Source of the DNA: an uncultured Gammaproteobacteria bacterium
Lineage (GTDB): Bacteria; Pseudomonadota; Gammaproteobacteria; Chromatiales; Chromatiaceae
Direction: 5' to 3'
Length of the DNA: 64,000 nucleotides
NCBI GenBank assembly: GCA_963824085.1
Contig: CAWGNT010000026.1
Coordinates: 32,180-96,179 of the forward strand
Positions 1 through 11,025 of the stretch are shown in pieces. The first letter of the stretch is position 1. Each line of letters opens with the position of its first letter. Made by a program: the position numbers and the translations under genes. The notes below the pieces were generated by a model, which was given only the letters and a program-made list of their open reading frames with translations, did not search any database and had not been told where the DNA came from.

Positions 1-270
1 GGGCCGCGGGAAAGGGCGAGGCACCGGCGGCCAGCGGCTCTTGACGCGGGCTGAGGGGGCGCGATCGGTCCCCCCGTCCAGGGTTCCCCCTTCGCGCCCC
101 TGTGCCCGATCGTCATGAGCTCATGCCATCAGCCGCTAGCTTCCAGCCTCCAGCAACTGTGGTGTGGTCGTCGCGTCGGGACCTGTGGTGCAGTCGCTCA
201 GCGCACCCGCAACAGGTTGACTAGGTCCGACGCCACGTGATTCTGGGTTGCGGGGGCTGGCGGCTCGTTC

Positions 271-810
271 CTAGGATACAGGGTGGTGCAGCGCCGCCTC
301 CTCCGGCATCACCTTGGCCTGCGCATTGGGAAAGCGTTCTACCACCCAGCTTGGGAGCTTGGCCTGATTGGCATGGTAGAGGGCGTCCGACTCGATGATG
401 ATCAGGACCAGGACAGTCACCATCACGGGCAGGATGCCTACCCCGCCGATGAGCGCCCACACCGCCTCCCTCATCATGCCTCCGTAGGTGTAGCCGACCC
501 ATCCAAGCACCATGATCATGAGCAGCAGGGTGAGCATGAAGATGAATATCTTGCTTCGGCGTGCACAAACCTGCCAGTGGCACATGACGTACCAGGGATC
601 GCGTCCGATGGAGCGTCGCGCGCGCCACAGCGTGAAGCCGAGGATGCTGAACGAAATGGCTGGGATCATGGCCATGACCCAGGGGAAGGTCCCGGCGATG
701 CCGCCGGCGGCGACTGCCATGAGTACGTGGTTTCCGATCAGGTTGGTGAGGAACAGCTCATGGGGGACGTTGGCCTTCTTGATCTCGTCGTGACTGACTT
801 CGAAGCGCAT
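271..810 (-). CDS. hypothetical integral membrane protein (about 4 TM helices)
   Basis: ORF 271..909 (-) with hydrophobic segments (LMAVAAGGIAGTFPWVMAMIPAISFSILGF, IFIFMLTLLLMIMVLGWVGY, ALIGGVGILPVMVTVLVLIII). Start placed at internal ATG (MRFEVSHDEI); GTG at 909 is an alternative. No family recognised. Confidence 0.45.
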   Translation of the reverse strand: MRFEVSHDEIKKANVPHELFLTNLIGNHVLMAVAAGGIAGTFPWVMAMIPAISFSILGFTLWRARRSIGRDPWYVMCHWQVCARRSKIFIFMLTLLLMIMVLGWVGYTYGGMMREAVWALIGGVGILPVMVTVLVLIIIESDALYHANQAKLPSWVVERFPNAQAKVMPEEAALHHPVS

Positions 811-1107
811 GAAATTCCGTGCCTGGGCTGGGGAAAATAAGCGCGCAACGATACACCATTCGAGGCCAGCGGTGCCAAGGCGGCGACTTCGCTCGTTTGG
901 TGCCTTCACGGTTGTTCGGGCGCGATGGACCGACGTGCGGCCAATCGTCTGGTGTGTCCTCTTGGGCTATTGCCGTTGGTGGGCGTCTGGTACAGCCGCG
1001 CCGCAATCCCGGCAACGACACGATTCTCGTCTCGGTTGTCAGGCTAGAGCCGAAAAGTTGTAGCCGGTAGATACGGCGCTGTTAACGGCATCTTCGGTGC
1101 CGCTCTA

Positions 1108-1860
1108 CTAGGGTTTGCTGAGCGGACCGCAGACCGGACAGCTCGGGTCGGGTGGGAGACGGACGGTTCGCCACTCCATGCCCATAGCATCGAGCAGCAG
1201 TAGTCGGCCGTAAAGGGGCTCTCCGGCGCCGACCAGCACCTTTATGGTTTCCGTAGCCTGGATGCTGCCGATAATCCCCACGATCGGGGCCAGTACCCCA
1301 TTCGCGGAGCAGGTCTCGTCCAGGTCGGCCTGGCGCGGATAGAGGCATTGGTAGCAGGGACCGCCAGCCCGCCCCGAGAAGACGGCGACTTGCCCCTCGG
1401 TGCGGATTGCGGCACCTGAGATCAGGGGGATTCCGGCGTGGAAACAGGCGGCGTTGATCGCAAAGCGGGTGGCGAAATTGTCGCTTCCGTCCACGACTGC
1501 GTCCACGTCGGCTAGGAGAGTTGGAAGGGTCGACTCGGTAATGCTGCCTTTGTAGCCTTCGACGCGGGTGTCCGGGTTGAGGGCGGCGAGGGTCAGTCGC
1601 GCGGAATCCACCTTTGGCATGCCGATGCTTGCGGTCGTGTGCAAGATCTGGCGTTGCAGATTCGAGAGGTCCACCGCGTCGAAGTCGGCGACCACCAGGG
1701 TGCCAACTCCGGCCGCGGCGAGATACATGGCGACCGGGGACCCGAGTCCGCCGAGCCCGACGACGAGTACACGGGATTCCAAGAGCCGCTCTTGTCCCTC
1801 GACACCCACGGCCGGCAGCATGATCTGACGGCTGTAACGCAATAGTTGGTCGTCGGTCAT
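1108..1860 (-). CDS. moeB: molybdopterin-synthase adenylyltransferase (MoeB/ThiF family E1-like enzyme)
   Basis: 250 aa: RYSRQI, Rossmann loop VVGLGGLGSPVAMYLAAAGVG, two CxxC pairs (CYQC, CPVC). 4-nt overlap with prmC. Confidence 0.8.
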   Translation of the reverse strand: MTDDQLLRYSRQIMLPAVGVEGQERLLESRVLVVGLGGLGSPVAMYLAAAGVGTLVVADFDAVDLSNLQRQILHTTASIGMPKVDSARLTLAALNPDTRVEGYKGSITESTLPTLLADVDAVVDGSDNFATRFAINAACFHAGIPLISGAAIRTEGQVAVFSGRAGGPCYQCLYPRQADLDETCSANGVLAPIVGIIGSIQATETIKVLVGAGEPLYGRLLLLDAMGMEWRTVRLPPDPSCPVCGPLSKP

Positions 1861-2738
1861 CGCCCGAGCCTACCGGTTTGCGTCCCCGTCCTCCGGGGCC
1901 AATGAGCGAGTGTCGCGCGCTCGTGACCCGCGAGGTCGCGATGGGTCTCGATGTCCACATAGCCGGCAGCGGCGAGAATCCCTCGTACCGCAGGGCCCTG
2001 GTCGTAGCCGTGCTCCAGGACGACCAGTCCTCCCGGATGTAGACGGGTGGTGGCCTCGGCGGCAAGACGACGGATCGTACCGAGACCGTCCGGCCCGCCA
2101 ACGAGGGCGGAGCGCGGCTCGAAGCGGAGGTCGCCTTGTGTCAGGTGCGGGTCCGCCTCCGCGATGTACGGGGGATTGCTGATCACCGCGTCGAGGGACC
2201 CGGGTGCGATAGCTTCCAGCCAATCGCCGCGCACGACCGGGGCGTTGCCGGGAGCGAAGCGGCGGAGGTTGTCCTGGGCGATCAGTGCAGCGGCCGCACC
2301 GTGCTCGGTAGCGATGAGCCACCAGTTGGGCCGCTCGTGGGCGATAGCCGCCGCGATCGCCCCGCTGCCGCTGCCGGCATCGGCGACCTTCAGCGGCCGT
2401 GCCGCCGGCAGCCGCGCAAGGACGAGCGCCACCAGCAGCTCGGTCTCCGGGCGAGGGATCAGGGTATCGGGCGTCACGCGCAGCTGCAGCGACCAGAAGT
2501 CCTGGTAACCCCGAATATAGGCGATAGGCTCACCGTTGCGGCGCCTATCCACCAGCGTCCAATAGGCTCCGAGGGTCGCCGGCTCCAGTGCTCGGTCCGG
2601 CCAGGTGAGGAGCCGGGTCCTCGAGAGGCCGGTTGCCTGCGCGAGGAGGAGCTCTGCTTCGAGGCGAGGCGCCGCGTCCGGAAGATGCGCGAGCCGGTCA
2701 GCCGCCTTGCAGAGGGTGGTGCCGATGCTCGGGTCCAC
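1857..2738 (-). CDS. prmC: release-factor glutamine N5-methyltransferase
   Basis: 293 aa with SAM motif DAGSGSGAI and catalytic NPPY; sits downstream of prfA as in many proteobacteria. Confidence 0.9.
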   Translation of the reverse strand: MDPSIGTTLCKAADRLAHLPDAAPRLEAELLLAQATGLSRTRLLTWPDRALEPATLGAYWTLVDRRRNGEPIAYIRGYQDFWSLQLRVTPDTLIPRPETELLVALVLARLPAARPLKVADAGSGSGAIAAAIAHERPNWWLIATEHGAAAALIAQDNLRRFAPGNAPVVRGDWLEAIAPGSLDAVISNPPYIAEADPHLTQGDLRFEPRSALVGGPDGLGTIRRLAAEATTRLHPGGLVVLEHGYDQGPAVRGILAAAGYVDIETHRDLAGHERATLAHWPRRTGTQTGRLGR

Positions 2739-2862
2739 AGGTGCAGAGCTCCTCGTGAATGCCCTTCTCCTTGTTGAATAGCCGGAACGCCGAGCGGCGA
2801 CCCGGTCGCTGTGAGGCGCAGCCGAGATTGGGTGCCAATCGCTTTATTTCCCGCGGGAGGGG

Positions 2863-3942
2863 TCAGTCGGACATCATCGCAGCCAGCTGGTCTGCCTGAT
2901 ACTCCCTTGAGAGCGGGTCGATCACTTGGTCCAGATGGCCTAGCATGATTTCTTCAAGCTTATAGAGGGTGAGATTGATGCGGTGGTCCGTGACCCGGTT
3001 CTGCGGGAAGTTGTAAGTACGGATGCGCTCCGAGCGATCGCCGCTGCCTACCTGGAGCCGTCGGGACTGGGCCTGCTCCGAAGTTTGCGCTTCCTGGGCC
3101 TGCGATAGGAGCTTGGCTTGAAGCAGTGACAGGGCGCGAGCCTTGTTCTTGTGTTGGGAACGCTCGTCTTGACACTCGACGACAATCCCGGACGGTAGGT
3201 GGGTGATGCGTACTGCAGAGTCCGTCTTGTTGACGTGCTGACCCCCCGCACCGGAGGAGCGGTAGGTGTCGACACGCAGGTCGTTGCCGTTGATCTCGAC
3301 CTCGTCGATGGCCTCCACTTCGGGCAGCACGGCAACCGTGCAGGCGGAGGTGTGGATGCGGCCCTGCGACTCGGTCTCCGGGACCCGCTGCACGCGATGG
3401 GTGCCGGGTTCGAACTTGACCCGTGAGTACACGCCGTCGCCCGCGATCCGGAGCACCAGCTCTTTGTACCCGCCGAGCTCGCCCTCGCTCTGGCTGATCG
3501 ACTCGACCCGCCAGTCGCGGGCCTCCGCATAGCGCATATACATCCGTGCGAGGTCGGCGGCGAACAGGGCCGCCTCGGCTCCCCCGGTGCCGGCCCGAAT
3601 CTCGAGGAAGACGTTGCGGTGGTCGTTGGGGTCGGGAGGCACCAGCAGGCGGTGCATTTCCGGTTCCAGCGCGTCCCGTCGAATGCGGGCGGCCGCGATC
3701 TCCTCGCGGGCGAGGGCTGCCATCTCCGGGTCTGCCAGCATCTCCTCAGCGCCCGCGATCTCTTCCTCGATGGCCCGGTAGCGGCGATAGGTGTCGACAA
3801 GGGCCTCGATCTGGGCATACTCCCTGCTCAGCTCGCGGAATCGCCGTTGATCCCCCTGCGTCTCAGGCTCGGCCAGCAGCGCCGTGATCTCGCTGAAGCG
3901 CTCTGACACCCGCTCCAGCTTGTCCTGAATGGAGGGGTTCAT
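2863..3942 (-). CDS. prfA: peptide chain release factor 1
   Basis: 359 aa with GGQ motif ([11 protein letters not shown]) and a PxT-type recognition tripeptide ([14 protein letters not shown]). Confidence 0.95.
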   Translation of the reverse strand: MNPSIQDKLERVSERFSEITALLAEPETQGDQRRFRELSREYAQIEALVDTYRRYRAIEEEIAGAEEMLADPEMAALAREEIAAARIRRDALEPEMHRLLVPPDPNDHRNVFLEIRAGTGGAEAALFAADLARMYMRYAEARDWRVESISQSEGELGGYKELVLRIAGDGVYSRVKFEPGTHRVQRVPETESQGRIHTSACTVAVLPEVEAIDEVEINGNDLRVDTYRSSGAGGQHVNKTDSAVRITHLPSGIVVECQDERSQHKNKARALSLLQAKLLSQAQEAQTSEQAQSRRLQVGSGDRSERIRTYNFPQNRVTDHRINLTLYKLEEIMLGHLDQVIDPLSREYQADQLAAMMSD

Positions 3943-5210
3943 GACCGGACGTCGGCGCTCTTGGTGAGCTGCAACAGCTCGTTGGCCGCCTCGAGGAGCT
4001 CCGCGCGCCCTTCTCTCCCCGCTTGGCGAAGGCGCTCGCTGGGGGTGTGCAGCAGCTTGTTGGTCAAGGTGTGGGCGAGAAAGCCGATGACCTCCTCGGG
4101 CGCCTTGCCCGACTGCAGCTGGCGCAGGGCGCGCGCGACCACCTCATCGCGGATCAGCTCGGCGCCGCGGCGGTAATCCTGGATGAGGGTGACCGCGTCC
4201 AGGGAGCGCAGCCATGCCATGAACTCCTCGGTGTGGAAGTCCACGATCTCCGCCGCCGCCTCGGCCGCCGCCTGACGCGAGCGCATGCCTTCGTCTACGA
4301 CCCCCTGCAGGTCGTCGACCGTGTATAGATAGACGTCGTTCAGGTCCGACACCTCGGGCTCGATATCCCGCGGCACCGCAATATCCACCATGAAGATGGG
4401 GCGGTGCTTGCGTCGCTTGAGCGCACGTTCCACGGCGCCCTTGCCGAGGACAGGCAGGGGGCTGGCGGTCGAGGAGATGAGGATGTCGGCCTCGGGCAGG
4501 TGGTTGGCGAGCTCGGTGAGCGCAATGGCGTAACCATTGAACTGCGCAGCCAGGGTATGGGCACGCTCCACGGTGCGGTTGGCGACGACGATACGGCCGA
4601 CGCCGTGCTGGTGGAGGTGACGGGCGGCGAGCTCGATCGTTTCGCCGGCGCCGATGAGCAGTGCGGTCTGATCGGAGAGGTCGCTAAAGATTTGGCGTGC
4701 CAGGCTGACCGCAGCGAAGGCGATGGAGACCGGGCTGTTCCCTATTGCGGTGTCGGTGCGTACCTGTTTGGCGACGGAGAAGGCGTGCTGGAAGAGGCGG
4801 CCGAGCAGCTTGCCGGTGGCCCCGCTGTCGCAGGCCGATAGGAACGCCGCTTTCACCTGGCCAAGGATCTGCGGCTCGCCGAGGACCATGGAATCGAGAC
4901 CGCAGGCGACTCGTAGCAGGTGTGCAACGGCGTTACGGTCCAGGTACGTGTAAAGATACGGGTCGAGGCGCTCCGGGTCGAGGCCGTGAAAGTGTCCGAG
5001 CCAGGGCGCTACCGGTGCGTCCTCGGTGGCATTCAGCGCACAATAGATCTCGGTCCGGTTGCAGGTCGAGACGATCACTCCTTCGCGGACATGCGGATGC
5101 TCCGTTAGGCTTCGCAAGGCGCCCACGAGGATGTCCGGACCAAACGAAATGCGCTCGCGCACATCTACGGGTGCAGACTTGTGGTTGAGACCGAGGACGA
5201 GAATCGTCAT
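3939..5210 (-). CDS. hemA: glutamyl-tRNA reductase
   Basis: ORF 3939..5306. Start moved to ATG at 5210 ([19 protein letters not shown], the typical HemA N-terminus). Active-site region VSTCNRTE. Overlaps prfA by 4 nt. Confidence 0.9.
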   Translation of the reverse strand: MTILVLGLNHKSAPVDVRERISFGPDILVGALRSLTEHPHVREGVIVSTCNRTEIYCALNATEDAPVAPWLGHFHGLDPERLDPYLYTYLDRNAVAHLLRVACGLDSMVLGEPQILGQVKAAFLSACDSGATGKLLGRLFQHAFSVAKQVRTDTAIGNSPVSIAFAAVSLARQIFSDLSDQTALLIGAGETIELAARHLHQHGVGRIVVANRTVERAHTLAAQFNGYAIALTELANHLPEADILISSTASPLPVLGKGAVERALKRRKHRPIFMVDIAVPRDIEPEVSDLNDVYLYTVDDLQGVVDEGMRSRQAAAEAAAEIVDFHTEEFMAWLRSLDAVTLIQDYRRGAELIRDEVVARALRQLQSGKAPEEVIGFLAHTLTNKLLHTPSERLRQAGREGRAELLEAANELLQLTKSADVRS

Positions 5211-5396
5211 GGATTCGTGCGGGTGAGTTGAACCAGTCAATTGTTTTTCATCGCCGAAGCGGATGCAAGCCGTAGCGAGCGTGCAGTTATGGCGATCCGG
5301 TAACACGAATCCCCACTCAGGGCGATTTTAGCCGCGGAACTGTGCGGTTATACTTGAGTCAATTCTTTAGTTGTTTTGCACTCGCTCCTCAGTCCT

Positions 5397-7181
5397 ATGA
5401 AGTCCCGTGCGCGACTCTCTGGTCTTTCCGCCGTCCTGTTTGCGGCAGCTCTCGCGTCGGCTACGTGTGCGACCGATGCCGTTGCGGACAGCTCGACAAC
5501 CGTTAAGCAGACGGCCGTCCCAGATGGCTCGGTGCAGCCCGCCCCAGTGCAAGCTCGCCCTAAGCTGAAGCCGCCTAGGGAGCTGACTCCTGATCTGGTC
5601 TATTCCGTGCTGGTTGGTCAGATTGCCGCACAGCGCGGCGACCAGCGCATGGCGTTCACCCATTTCCTCCATGCAGCACAGCTGGCGGTGTCTCCGGATC
5701 TCGCCGAGCTTGCGACGCGCTCTGCCCTCGCGTTAGGCGACCGGGACGCGGTGCAACGGTCGCTCGACATCTGGCTCGAGCTCGCCCCCGAATCCCTCGC
5801 GGCACATCAGATTGCGGCCTACGCGTACTTGGAGGCCGACGACGTCCCCGGCGCCTTGAAGCACCTGCGGCAGGTCATCACGCTAGCCGGTAAGGAGGGG
5901 CGCGACGGCTTCATGCGGGTCGCAAGGCTCATCTCAAAGTTGCCCTCGCCCGAGCGACGTCTCGAGGTCATGAAGGCGCTGACGGCCGACCAATCTCAGA
6001 ACGCCGACGCCTGGTTTGCAACCGCGATGGTTGCTGCGGGAGCGGAGCGTTACGACGAGGCGGTCGAGGCGGCACGACGGGCCTCCGACTTGCGTCCGGA
6101 TTGGAACGAGCCGCGTGTCTTTCTGGTGCGCGTCCTCGTGGCTCAAGGCAAGAGCGACAAGGCGCGGGAAACCGCTGAGGCCTTTGTGGCCAAGAACCCG
6201 GACGACCATGCGCTGCGCCTTCTGTACGCTCAGCTCCTCGTTGAGGAGCAGGACTTCTCCCACGCTCGCAACGTCTTTGAGTACTTGCTTCGGGACAAGC
6301 CAAAGGAGCCGGATGTTCTCTTCGCCCTTGGCGTGCTCTCGCTGCAGCTCGACGATCTGGCCGCCGCACGGCAGTACTTCACGCGACTTCGGGACACTGG
6401 CAAGCGGCAGGGGGACTCCGCTTATTACCTGGGTCAGGTCGAAGAGATGGCCAAGAACGTGGAGACGGCGGTGTCGTGGTACGGCCGCGTCGAGGGTGAG
6501 CACGCCCTGGATGCCCAAGTGCGGATCGCCAGGGTACGTGCCGAGCAGGGCGATGTCGGGCGGGCGCGAGAGATCCTGCAGCAGCTGCGTGATCAGTACC
6601 CGGATGATGCGGTCAGCCTCTACCTGGCGGAGGCGGAGATCCTGCGCGGTATCAAGCAACCCCAAGAGGCGATGCGGGTATACGACCAGGCTATCGCAGC
6701 GAATCCCGGCGACGCAGACCTCCTTTATGCGCGCGCCTTACAGGCGGTCGCAATCGATCGAATGGACATCCTGGAGAGGGACCTGAAAACGATCATCGAG
6801 AATGACCCTCAGCACGCGGACGCCCTCAACGCGCTAGGCTACTCGCTGGCCGATCGCACTGAGCGCTACGACGAGGCGCTTTCCTATATCAAGCGGGCGC
6901 TGGCCCTCAAGCCCGATGATCCGGCCGTGCTGGATAGCATGGGTTGGGTGCAATTCCGCCTGGGCCACAAGAAGGAGGCGCTGAAGTACCTGCGCAGGGC
7001 TGCCGACAAGATGCCGGACGGTGAGATCGCAGCGCATCTGGGCGAGGTCCTGTGGTCGATGGGCCAGCACGATCAGGCCCAGGCCGTTTGGGACAAGGCG
7101 CTGACCGAGAATCCGGATCACGAATACCTGCTTAAGGTGATCGGTCGCCACCGCGTGACCAAGTCCGACGCCCAGCCTTGA
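5397..7181 (+). CDS. secreted/lipoprotein-like TPR-repeat protein
   Basis: ORF 5376..7181 with signal-like N-terminus (MKSRARLSGLSAVLFAAALASATC) and many TPR-like repeats. Occupies the position of the TPR gene that precedes lolB-ispE in pseudomonads. ATG at 5397 preferred over TTG at 5376. Confidence 0.75.
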   Translation: MKSRARLSGLSAVLFAAALASATCATDAVADSSTTVKQTAVPDGSVQPAPVQARPKLKPPRELTPDLVYSVLVGQIAAQRGDQRMAFTHFLHAAQLAVSPDLAELATRSALALGDRDAVQRSLDIWLELAPESLAAHQIAAYAYLEADDVPGALKHLRQVITLAGKEGRDGFMRVARLISKLPSPERRLEVMKALTADQSQNADAWFATAMVAAGAERYDEAVEAARRASDLRPDWNEPRVFLVRVLVAQGKSDKARETAEAFVAKNPDDHALRLLYAQLLVEEQDFSHARNVFEYLLRDKPKEPDVLFALGVLSLQLDDLAAARQYFTRLRDTGKRQGDSAYYLGQVEEMAKNVETAVSWYGRVEGEHALDAQVRIARVRAEQGDVGRAREILQQLRDQYPDDAVSLYLAEAEILRGIKQPQEAMRVYDQAIAANPGDADLLYARALQAVAIDRMDILERDLKTIIENDPQHADALNALGYSLADRTERYDEALSYIKRALALKPDDPAVLDSMGWVQFRLGHKKEALKYLRRAADKMPDGEIAAHLGEVLWSMGQHDQAQAVWDKALTENPDHEYLLKVIGRHRVTKSDAQP

Positions 7182-8053
7182 TGGGGGCGGAGGCCCCTTG
7201 GCCGGCGCCCGCCAAGCTCAATCTTATGTTGCGGGTGCTCGGTCGCCGGCCGGACGGCTACCATCGGCTGCAGACGGTTTTCCAATTCGTCGACCGGGCG
7301 GATCTGCTGCGTTTCGAGCCGCGGTCCGACGGACGCATCCGGCGCGTGTCGCATCTTCCAGAAGTCCCAGCGGCGGCAGATCTGGTCGTGCGGGCCGCTC
7401 GGCTGCTGAAGGAGCACTCCGGCTGCTCGCTCGGTGCCGACATTTGGGTGGACAAGCAGCTGCCCATGGGCGGGGGCCTTGGGGGCGGCAGCTCGGACGC
7501 GGCGACCACCCTGGTGGCGCTCAACCGTATCTGGGACACCGGGTTCTCGCTACGGGACCTCATGGGCCTCGGCCTTTCCCTGGGTGCGGACGTGCCGGTC
7601 TTCGTGCGCGGCCTCGCTGCCTGGGGGGAAGGGGTGGGCGAGGAGCTGTCACCAATCGAGCTGCCAGACTCTTGGTATCTGGTGCTCGTCCCTCCCTGCC
7701 ATGTCTCAACGGCCGCGGTGTTCTCGGATGTGCGTTTGACAAGGGATTCGCTGCCCATCAGAATTGCGGACTTCTTTGCGGGCGACGACCGCAACGACTG
7801 TCTGTTGGTGACGCGTGCACGCTATCGGCCAGTGGCGGAAGCATTGGATTGGCTTGCGAACGTCGGGCGGGCGCGTCTGACGGGCACCGGCGGTTGTGTG
7901 TTCGCGGCCTTCCCGACGTTCGAAGAGGCCCGAGCGGCCTTTGATGAGGCGCGGCCGCGCTTCGATTGCTTCGTCGCCAGCGGGTTGAACCGCTCGCCGC
8001 TCTTGGAGCGTGCGCAAAGCCGACGTTTCACTGGGGCGTCGCCAAGCGGTTAA
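7181..8053 (+). CDS. ispE: 4-diphosphocytidyl-2-C-methyl-D-erythritol kinase
   Basis: GHMP kinase motif PMGGGLGGGSSDAA and N-terminus PAPAKLNLMLRVLGRRPDGYH. ATG at 7181 overlaps the upstream TGA (TGATG). Confidence 0.9.
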   Translation: MGAEAPWPAPAKLNLMLRVLGRRPDGYHRLQTVFQFVDRADLLRFEPRSDGRIRRVSHLPEVPAAADLVVRAARLLKEHSGCSLGADIWVDKQLPMGGGLGGGSSDAATTLVALNRIWDTGFSLRDLMGLGLSLGADVPVFVRGLAAWGEGVGEELSPIELPDSWYLVLVPPCHVSTAAVFSDVRLTRDSLPIRIADFFAGDDRNDCLLVTRARYRPVAEALDWLANVGRARLTGTGGCVFAAFPTFEEARAAFDEARPRFDCFVASGLNRSPLLERAQSRRFTGASPSG

Positions 8054-8116
8054 GGCACTGGGTTTTGATCCCAGCATTCCCAGGTTCGAATCCTGGCGCC
8101 CCAGCCATTCGCAAGG
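8041..8116 (+). tRNA. tRNA-Gln (anticodon UUG), CCA encoded
   Basis: Cloverleaf read by eye: acceptor TGGGGCG/CGCCCCA, anticodon stem CTGGG/CCCAG with loop TTTTGAT, T-arm CCAGG-TTCGAAT-CCTGG. Overlaps the ispE 3' end by 13 nt. Confidence 0.9.
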
Positions 8117-8293
8117 AGTCTCGCTTCAATCCGTGAAACGGCAGGGACGGGCTGTATTGCCTGGTCGCTGTGTTTGCGCCCACAGCGGCGTTCCCGCCAA
8201 TGGCGGGCGGGCTTCAGCCGGGTGAGGCGCGCCGCTGTTGCTGAGTCTATGAAAACGGAGTTGACGGAGAGATCGGCCGTGTCCGCCACTCAG

Positions 8294-9232
8294 ATGATGG
8301 TGTTCTCCGGGAATGCCAACCCGGACCTTGCGGCCGAGATCGTGTCTCATCTCAGCATCCCGCTTGGCAAGGCCGTGGTGGGACAGTTTAGCGACGGCGA
8401 GGTGATGACCGAGATTCAGGAGAACGTCCGCGGGCGGGACGTCTTCGTGCTTCAGTCGACCTGCGCGCCCACCAACGACAACCTAATGGAGTTGTTGGTC
8501 ATGATCGACGCGCTGCGCTGGGCATCCGCCAAGCGCGTGACGGCGGTCATTCCGTATTTCGGTTACGCGCGCCAAGATCGCCGACCGCGCTCCGCCCGAG
8601 TGCCCATCACCGCACGACTGGTGGCGAAGATGATCGGTCAATCCGGTGCCGATCGAGTGCTCACGGTGGACCTGCACGCGGATCAGATCCAAGGGTTCTT
8701 CGATATTCCCGTGGATAACGTCTACGCGTCGCCTATCCTGCTAGGCGATGTATGGCGCCAGAAGTATCCCGATCTCATGGTGATCTCCCCCGACGTCGGC
8801 GGCGTGGTTCGTGCCCGAGCGCTGGCGAAGCGTCTCGACGATGCGGACCTTGCGATCATCGATAAGCGCCGGCCGCGAGCCAACGAGGCCAAGGTGATGA
8901 ACATCATCGGTGATGTCGAGGGACGCTCCTGCGTGCTCATCGACGACCTGGTGGATACTGCGGGGACCTTGTGTCAGGCGGCGGCTGCGCTTAAGGCGCA
9001 CGGGGCCGAGAAAGTGGTTGCTTACTGTACCCATGCGGTCCTGTCCGGCCCCGCCGTGGCAAACATCTCCGCCTCGCAGCTCGATGAGCTGGTGGTGACC
9101 AATACCATCCCGCTACGGCCGGAAGCCCATGCGTGCAGTCGAATTCGACAGCTGAGCATCGGCGAGCTCTTGGCGGAGACCATGCGCCGGGTATCGAATG
9201 AGGAGTCGGTCAGCACCCTCTTCGTGGACTGA
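8294..9232 (+). CDS. prs: ribose-phosphate pyrophosphokinase
   Basis: ORF 8174..9232. Start set at [13 protein letters not shown], which aligns with E. coli MKLFAGNATPELA. Conserved [10 protein letters not shown] and PRPP-binding loop. Confidence 0.9.
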   Translation: MMVFSGNANPDLAAEIVSHLSIPLGKAVVGQFSDGEVMTEIQENVRGRDVFVLQSTCAPTNDNLMELLVMIDALRWASAKRVTAVIPYFGYARQDRRPRSARVPITARLVAKMIGQSGADRVLTVDLHADQIQGFFDIPVDNVYASPILLGDVWRQKYPDLMVISPDVGGVVRARALAKRLDDADLAIIDKRRPRANEAKVMNIIGDVEGRSCVLIDDLVDTAGTLCQAAAALKAHGAEKVVAYCTHAVLSGPAVANISASQLDELVVTNTIPLRPEAHACSRIRQLSIGELLAETMRRVSNEESVSTLFVD

Positions 9233-9256
9233 CTGGTCTCTTTGTATTTTGAACGC

Positions 9257-9297
9257 GGCGCCGGAGTCCTGGTCGCGGGTCTCCGGCGCCTTTTGTT
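9257..9297 (+). terminator. candidate rho-independent terminator after prs
   Basis: 10-bp stem GGCGCCGGAG / CTCCGGCGCC (9257-9266 / 9281-9290) followed by TTTTGTT. Confidence 0.55.
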
Positions 9298-9321
9298 GAC
9301 AGCTCGATAGGAGAACGTCAC

Positions 9322-9957
9322 ATGAGCGAGAGCTTCGAGATTGATGCGAGGTCCCGCGCCGACGCAGGAAAGGGTGCGAGCCGCCGCCTGCGCCGCGAGG
9401 GCCTGGTCCCGGCCATCGTATACGGTGGTCATCAGGAGCCGGAAATGATCAGTCTGGTCCACAATGACCTCGTTCGTCACCTCCAGCACGAGGCATTCTA
9501 TTCCCACGTGCTGGACCTGAAGGTGGGAGACAATGCCTCCAAGGTGGTGGTCAAGGACCTGCAGCGACACCCGGCGAAGCCGTTTATCCAGCACGTGGAT
9601 TTCCAGCGGGTCAGCGCCGACGAGAAGATCCGGATGCTGGTGCCCCTGCACTTCCTGAACCAGGACACCGCCAAGGGGGTGAAGATGGGCGGAGCGGTGT
9701 CGCACAATGTTACCGAAGTCGAAATCGCCTGCCTGCCTAAGGACCTGCCGGAGTACATCGAGATCGATATGGCCGAGATGGTTATCGGCGACATCGTGCA
9801 TCTCTCCGAGATCCCGATGCCCGACGGCGTTGCGCTCGCGCATGACCCGGATCCTGACCTGCCGGTCGTGATCCTCCACGGTGGGCACGCCGCCGGTCCC
9901 GAGGAGGGCGAGGGTGGCGAGGCGGCTCCCGGTGGAGAGACCCCGGCCTCGTCTTAG
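9322..9957 (+). CDS. rplY: 50S ribosomal protein L25 / general stress protein Ctc (long form)
   Basis: 211 aa. N-terminus RxxxGKGASRRLRREGLVPAIVYG is typical of L25/Ctc; acidic/Gly-rich tail. prs-rplY-pth synteny. Confidence 0.9.
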   Translation: MSESFEIDARSRADAGKGASRRLRREGLVPAIVYGGHQEPEMISLVHNDLVRHLQHEAFYSHVLDLKVGDNASKVVVKDLQRHPAKPFIQHVDFQRVSADEKIRMLVPLHFLNQDTAKGVKMGGAVSHNVTEVEIACLPKDLPEYIEIDMAEMVIGDIVHLSEIPMPDGVALAHDPDPDLPVVILHGGHAAGPEEGEGGEAAPGGETPASS

Positions 9958-10202
9958 GCGGGACCAGCCCCGACGGAGCGCCGACTCGCCGGGGACGTAA
10001 AGCTTGAAAACGGCAGACCCGCCATCGTAGGAAGAGCCGCTGACCGACAAGGATCCGGCGTCGGCGGCGCGGCGTGGCCGGCATTTGCCGGTTGCGGCAC
10101 CCACGGAGCGGCTGAACAACCAAATGGATAGCCCCGACGGGAGGTGGTTAGCCGTGACCTGCTGGTGGCTGGCGGCTGAAAGTTGATCGCCTTTCTTGCG
10201 TC

Positions 10203-10787
10203 ATGGCAGACCAGGGCATCCGTCTCATCGTCGGCTTGGGTAACCCCGGTCCAGAATACGCGCAGACGCGCCACAACGTCGGCTTCTGGTTCGTTGATGC
10301 GTTGGCGGCCCGCAACGGGTGCCAATTCCGTCTCGAGAGCAAGCTGCATGGCCTGCTCTGCCGCCTTTTTGTCGGTACGAGAGATCTTCGTCTGCTGAAG
10401 CCCTCCACCTTCATGAACCGCAGCGGCCAATCTGTCGCGGCGGTGGTGCGTTACTTCGATATCCCCCCTGCCCAGATGCTGGTAGCGCATGACGAGCTGG
10501 ATCTGCCAGTGGGAACCGTGCGGCTCAAGGAGGGCGGGGGGCATGCCGGCCACAACGGCCTGCGGGACATCACCAACGTACTCGGTACTCGGGACTTCTG
10601 GCGTCTGCGCATCGGCATCGATCATCCGGGCGATAGGCGGCAAGTGGTGGGCTACGTGCTAAGCCGTGCGTCCAAGGAGGACGAGCAGCGTACACTCGAT
10701 GTTCTCGAGAATGTGCATCTCGCCTTGCCCGATTTGCTTGAAGGCCACTTTCAGAAGGCCATGAACCGCCTACACACGGCGCGCTAG
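10203..10787 (+). CDS. pth: peptidyl-tRNA hydrolase
   Basis: 194 aa with LIVGLGNPGPEYAQTRHNVGF signature. Confidence 0.95.
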   Translation: MADQGIRLIVGLGNPGPEYAQTRHNVGFWFVDALAARNGCQFRLESKLHGLLCRLFVGTRDLRLLKPSTFMNRSGQSVAAVVRYFDIPPAQMLVAHDELDLPVGTVRLKEGGGHAGHNGLRDITNVLGTRDFWRLRIGIDHPGDRRQVVGYVLSRASKEDEQRTLDVLENVHLALPDLLEGHFQKAMNRLHTAR

Positions 10788-11025
10788 GCCGGGCGTCGTT
10801 GGCTCCGTGGGCCCTGTCCGAGCGGTGTTCCGAGAGCGCCTGAGCGTCCCCTCCTAATTTCGCCCCCCCAGCCGTAGGTACCGGTCCTGCGGTATTGCGA
10901 CGCCCGCACGTGTGCGTGTTCTCGAGCCTTGTCTACAGCCACGGTGTGGTCCCCCTGCTTGGCCGGTGCGTGGCTGCTACATTTTTCGCACGGGCAGTCG
11001 TCGAGCAATGCAGCGACGCAGCACA

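Noticed and set aside
138-154. Short motif AGCTTCCAGCC(GCCAGCC)TCCAGC, also at 29513-29536, as a REP family.
   Set aside because: Only two short copies are visible in the window. That is too little to separate a genuine repeat family from chance in GC-rich DNA.
8174-8293. N-terminal extension of the prs ORF. Similar extensions occur on rpoB (20951), rpsL (29765), hemA (to 5306), ugd (to 15428) and the EBP (to 52467).
   Set aside because: Alignment to the well-known family N-termini and SD placement support the internal starts. The extensions are Arg-rich read-through of upstream non-coding DNA.
9985-10045. Possible seventh, very degenerate copy of the 52-nt-core element in the rplY-pth spacer (GGGGACGTAAAGCTTGAAAACGGCAGACC).
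   Set aside because: Similarity is limited to about 25 nt, and I could not pair any flanking arms.
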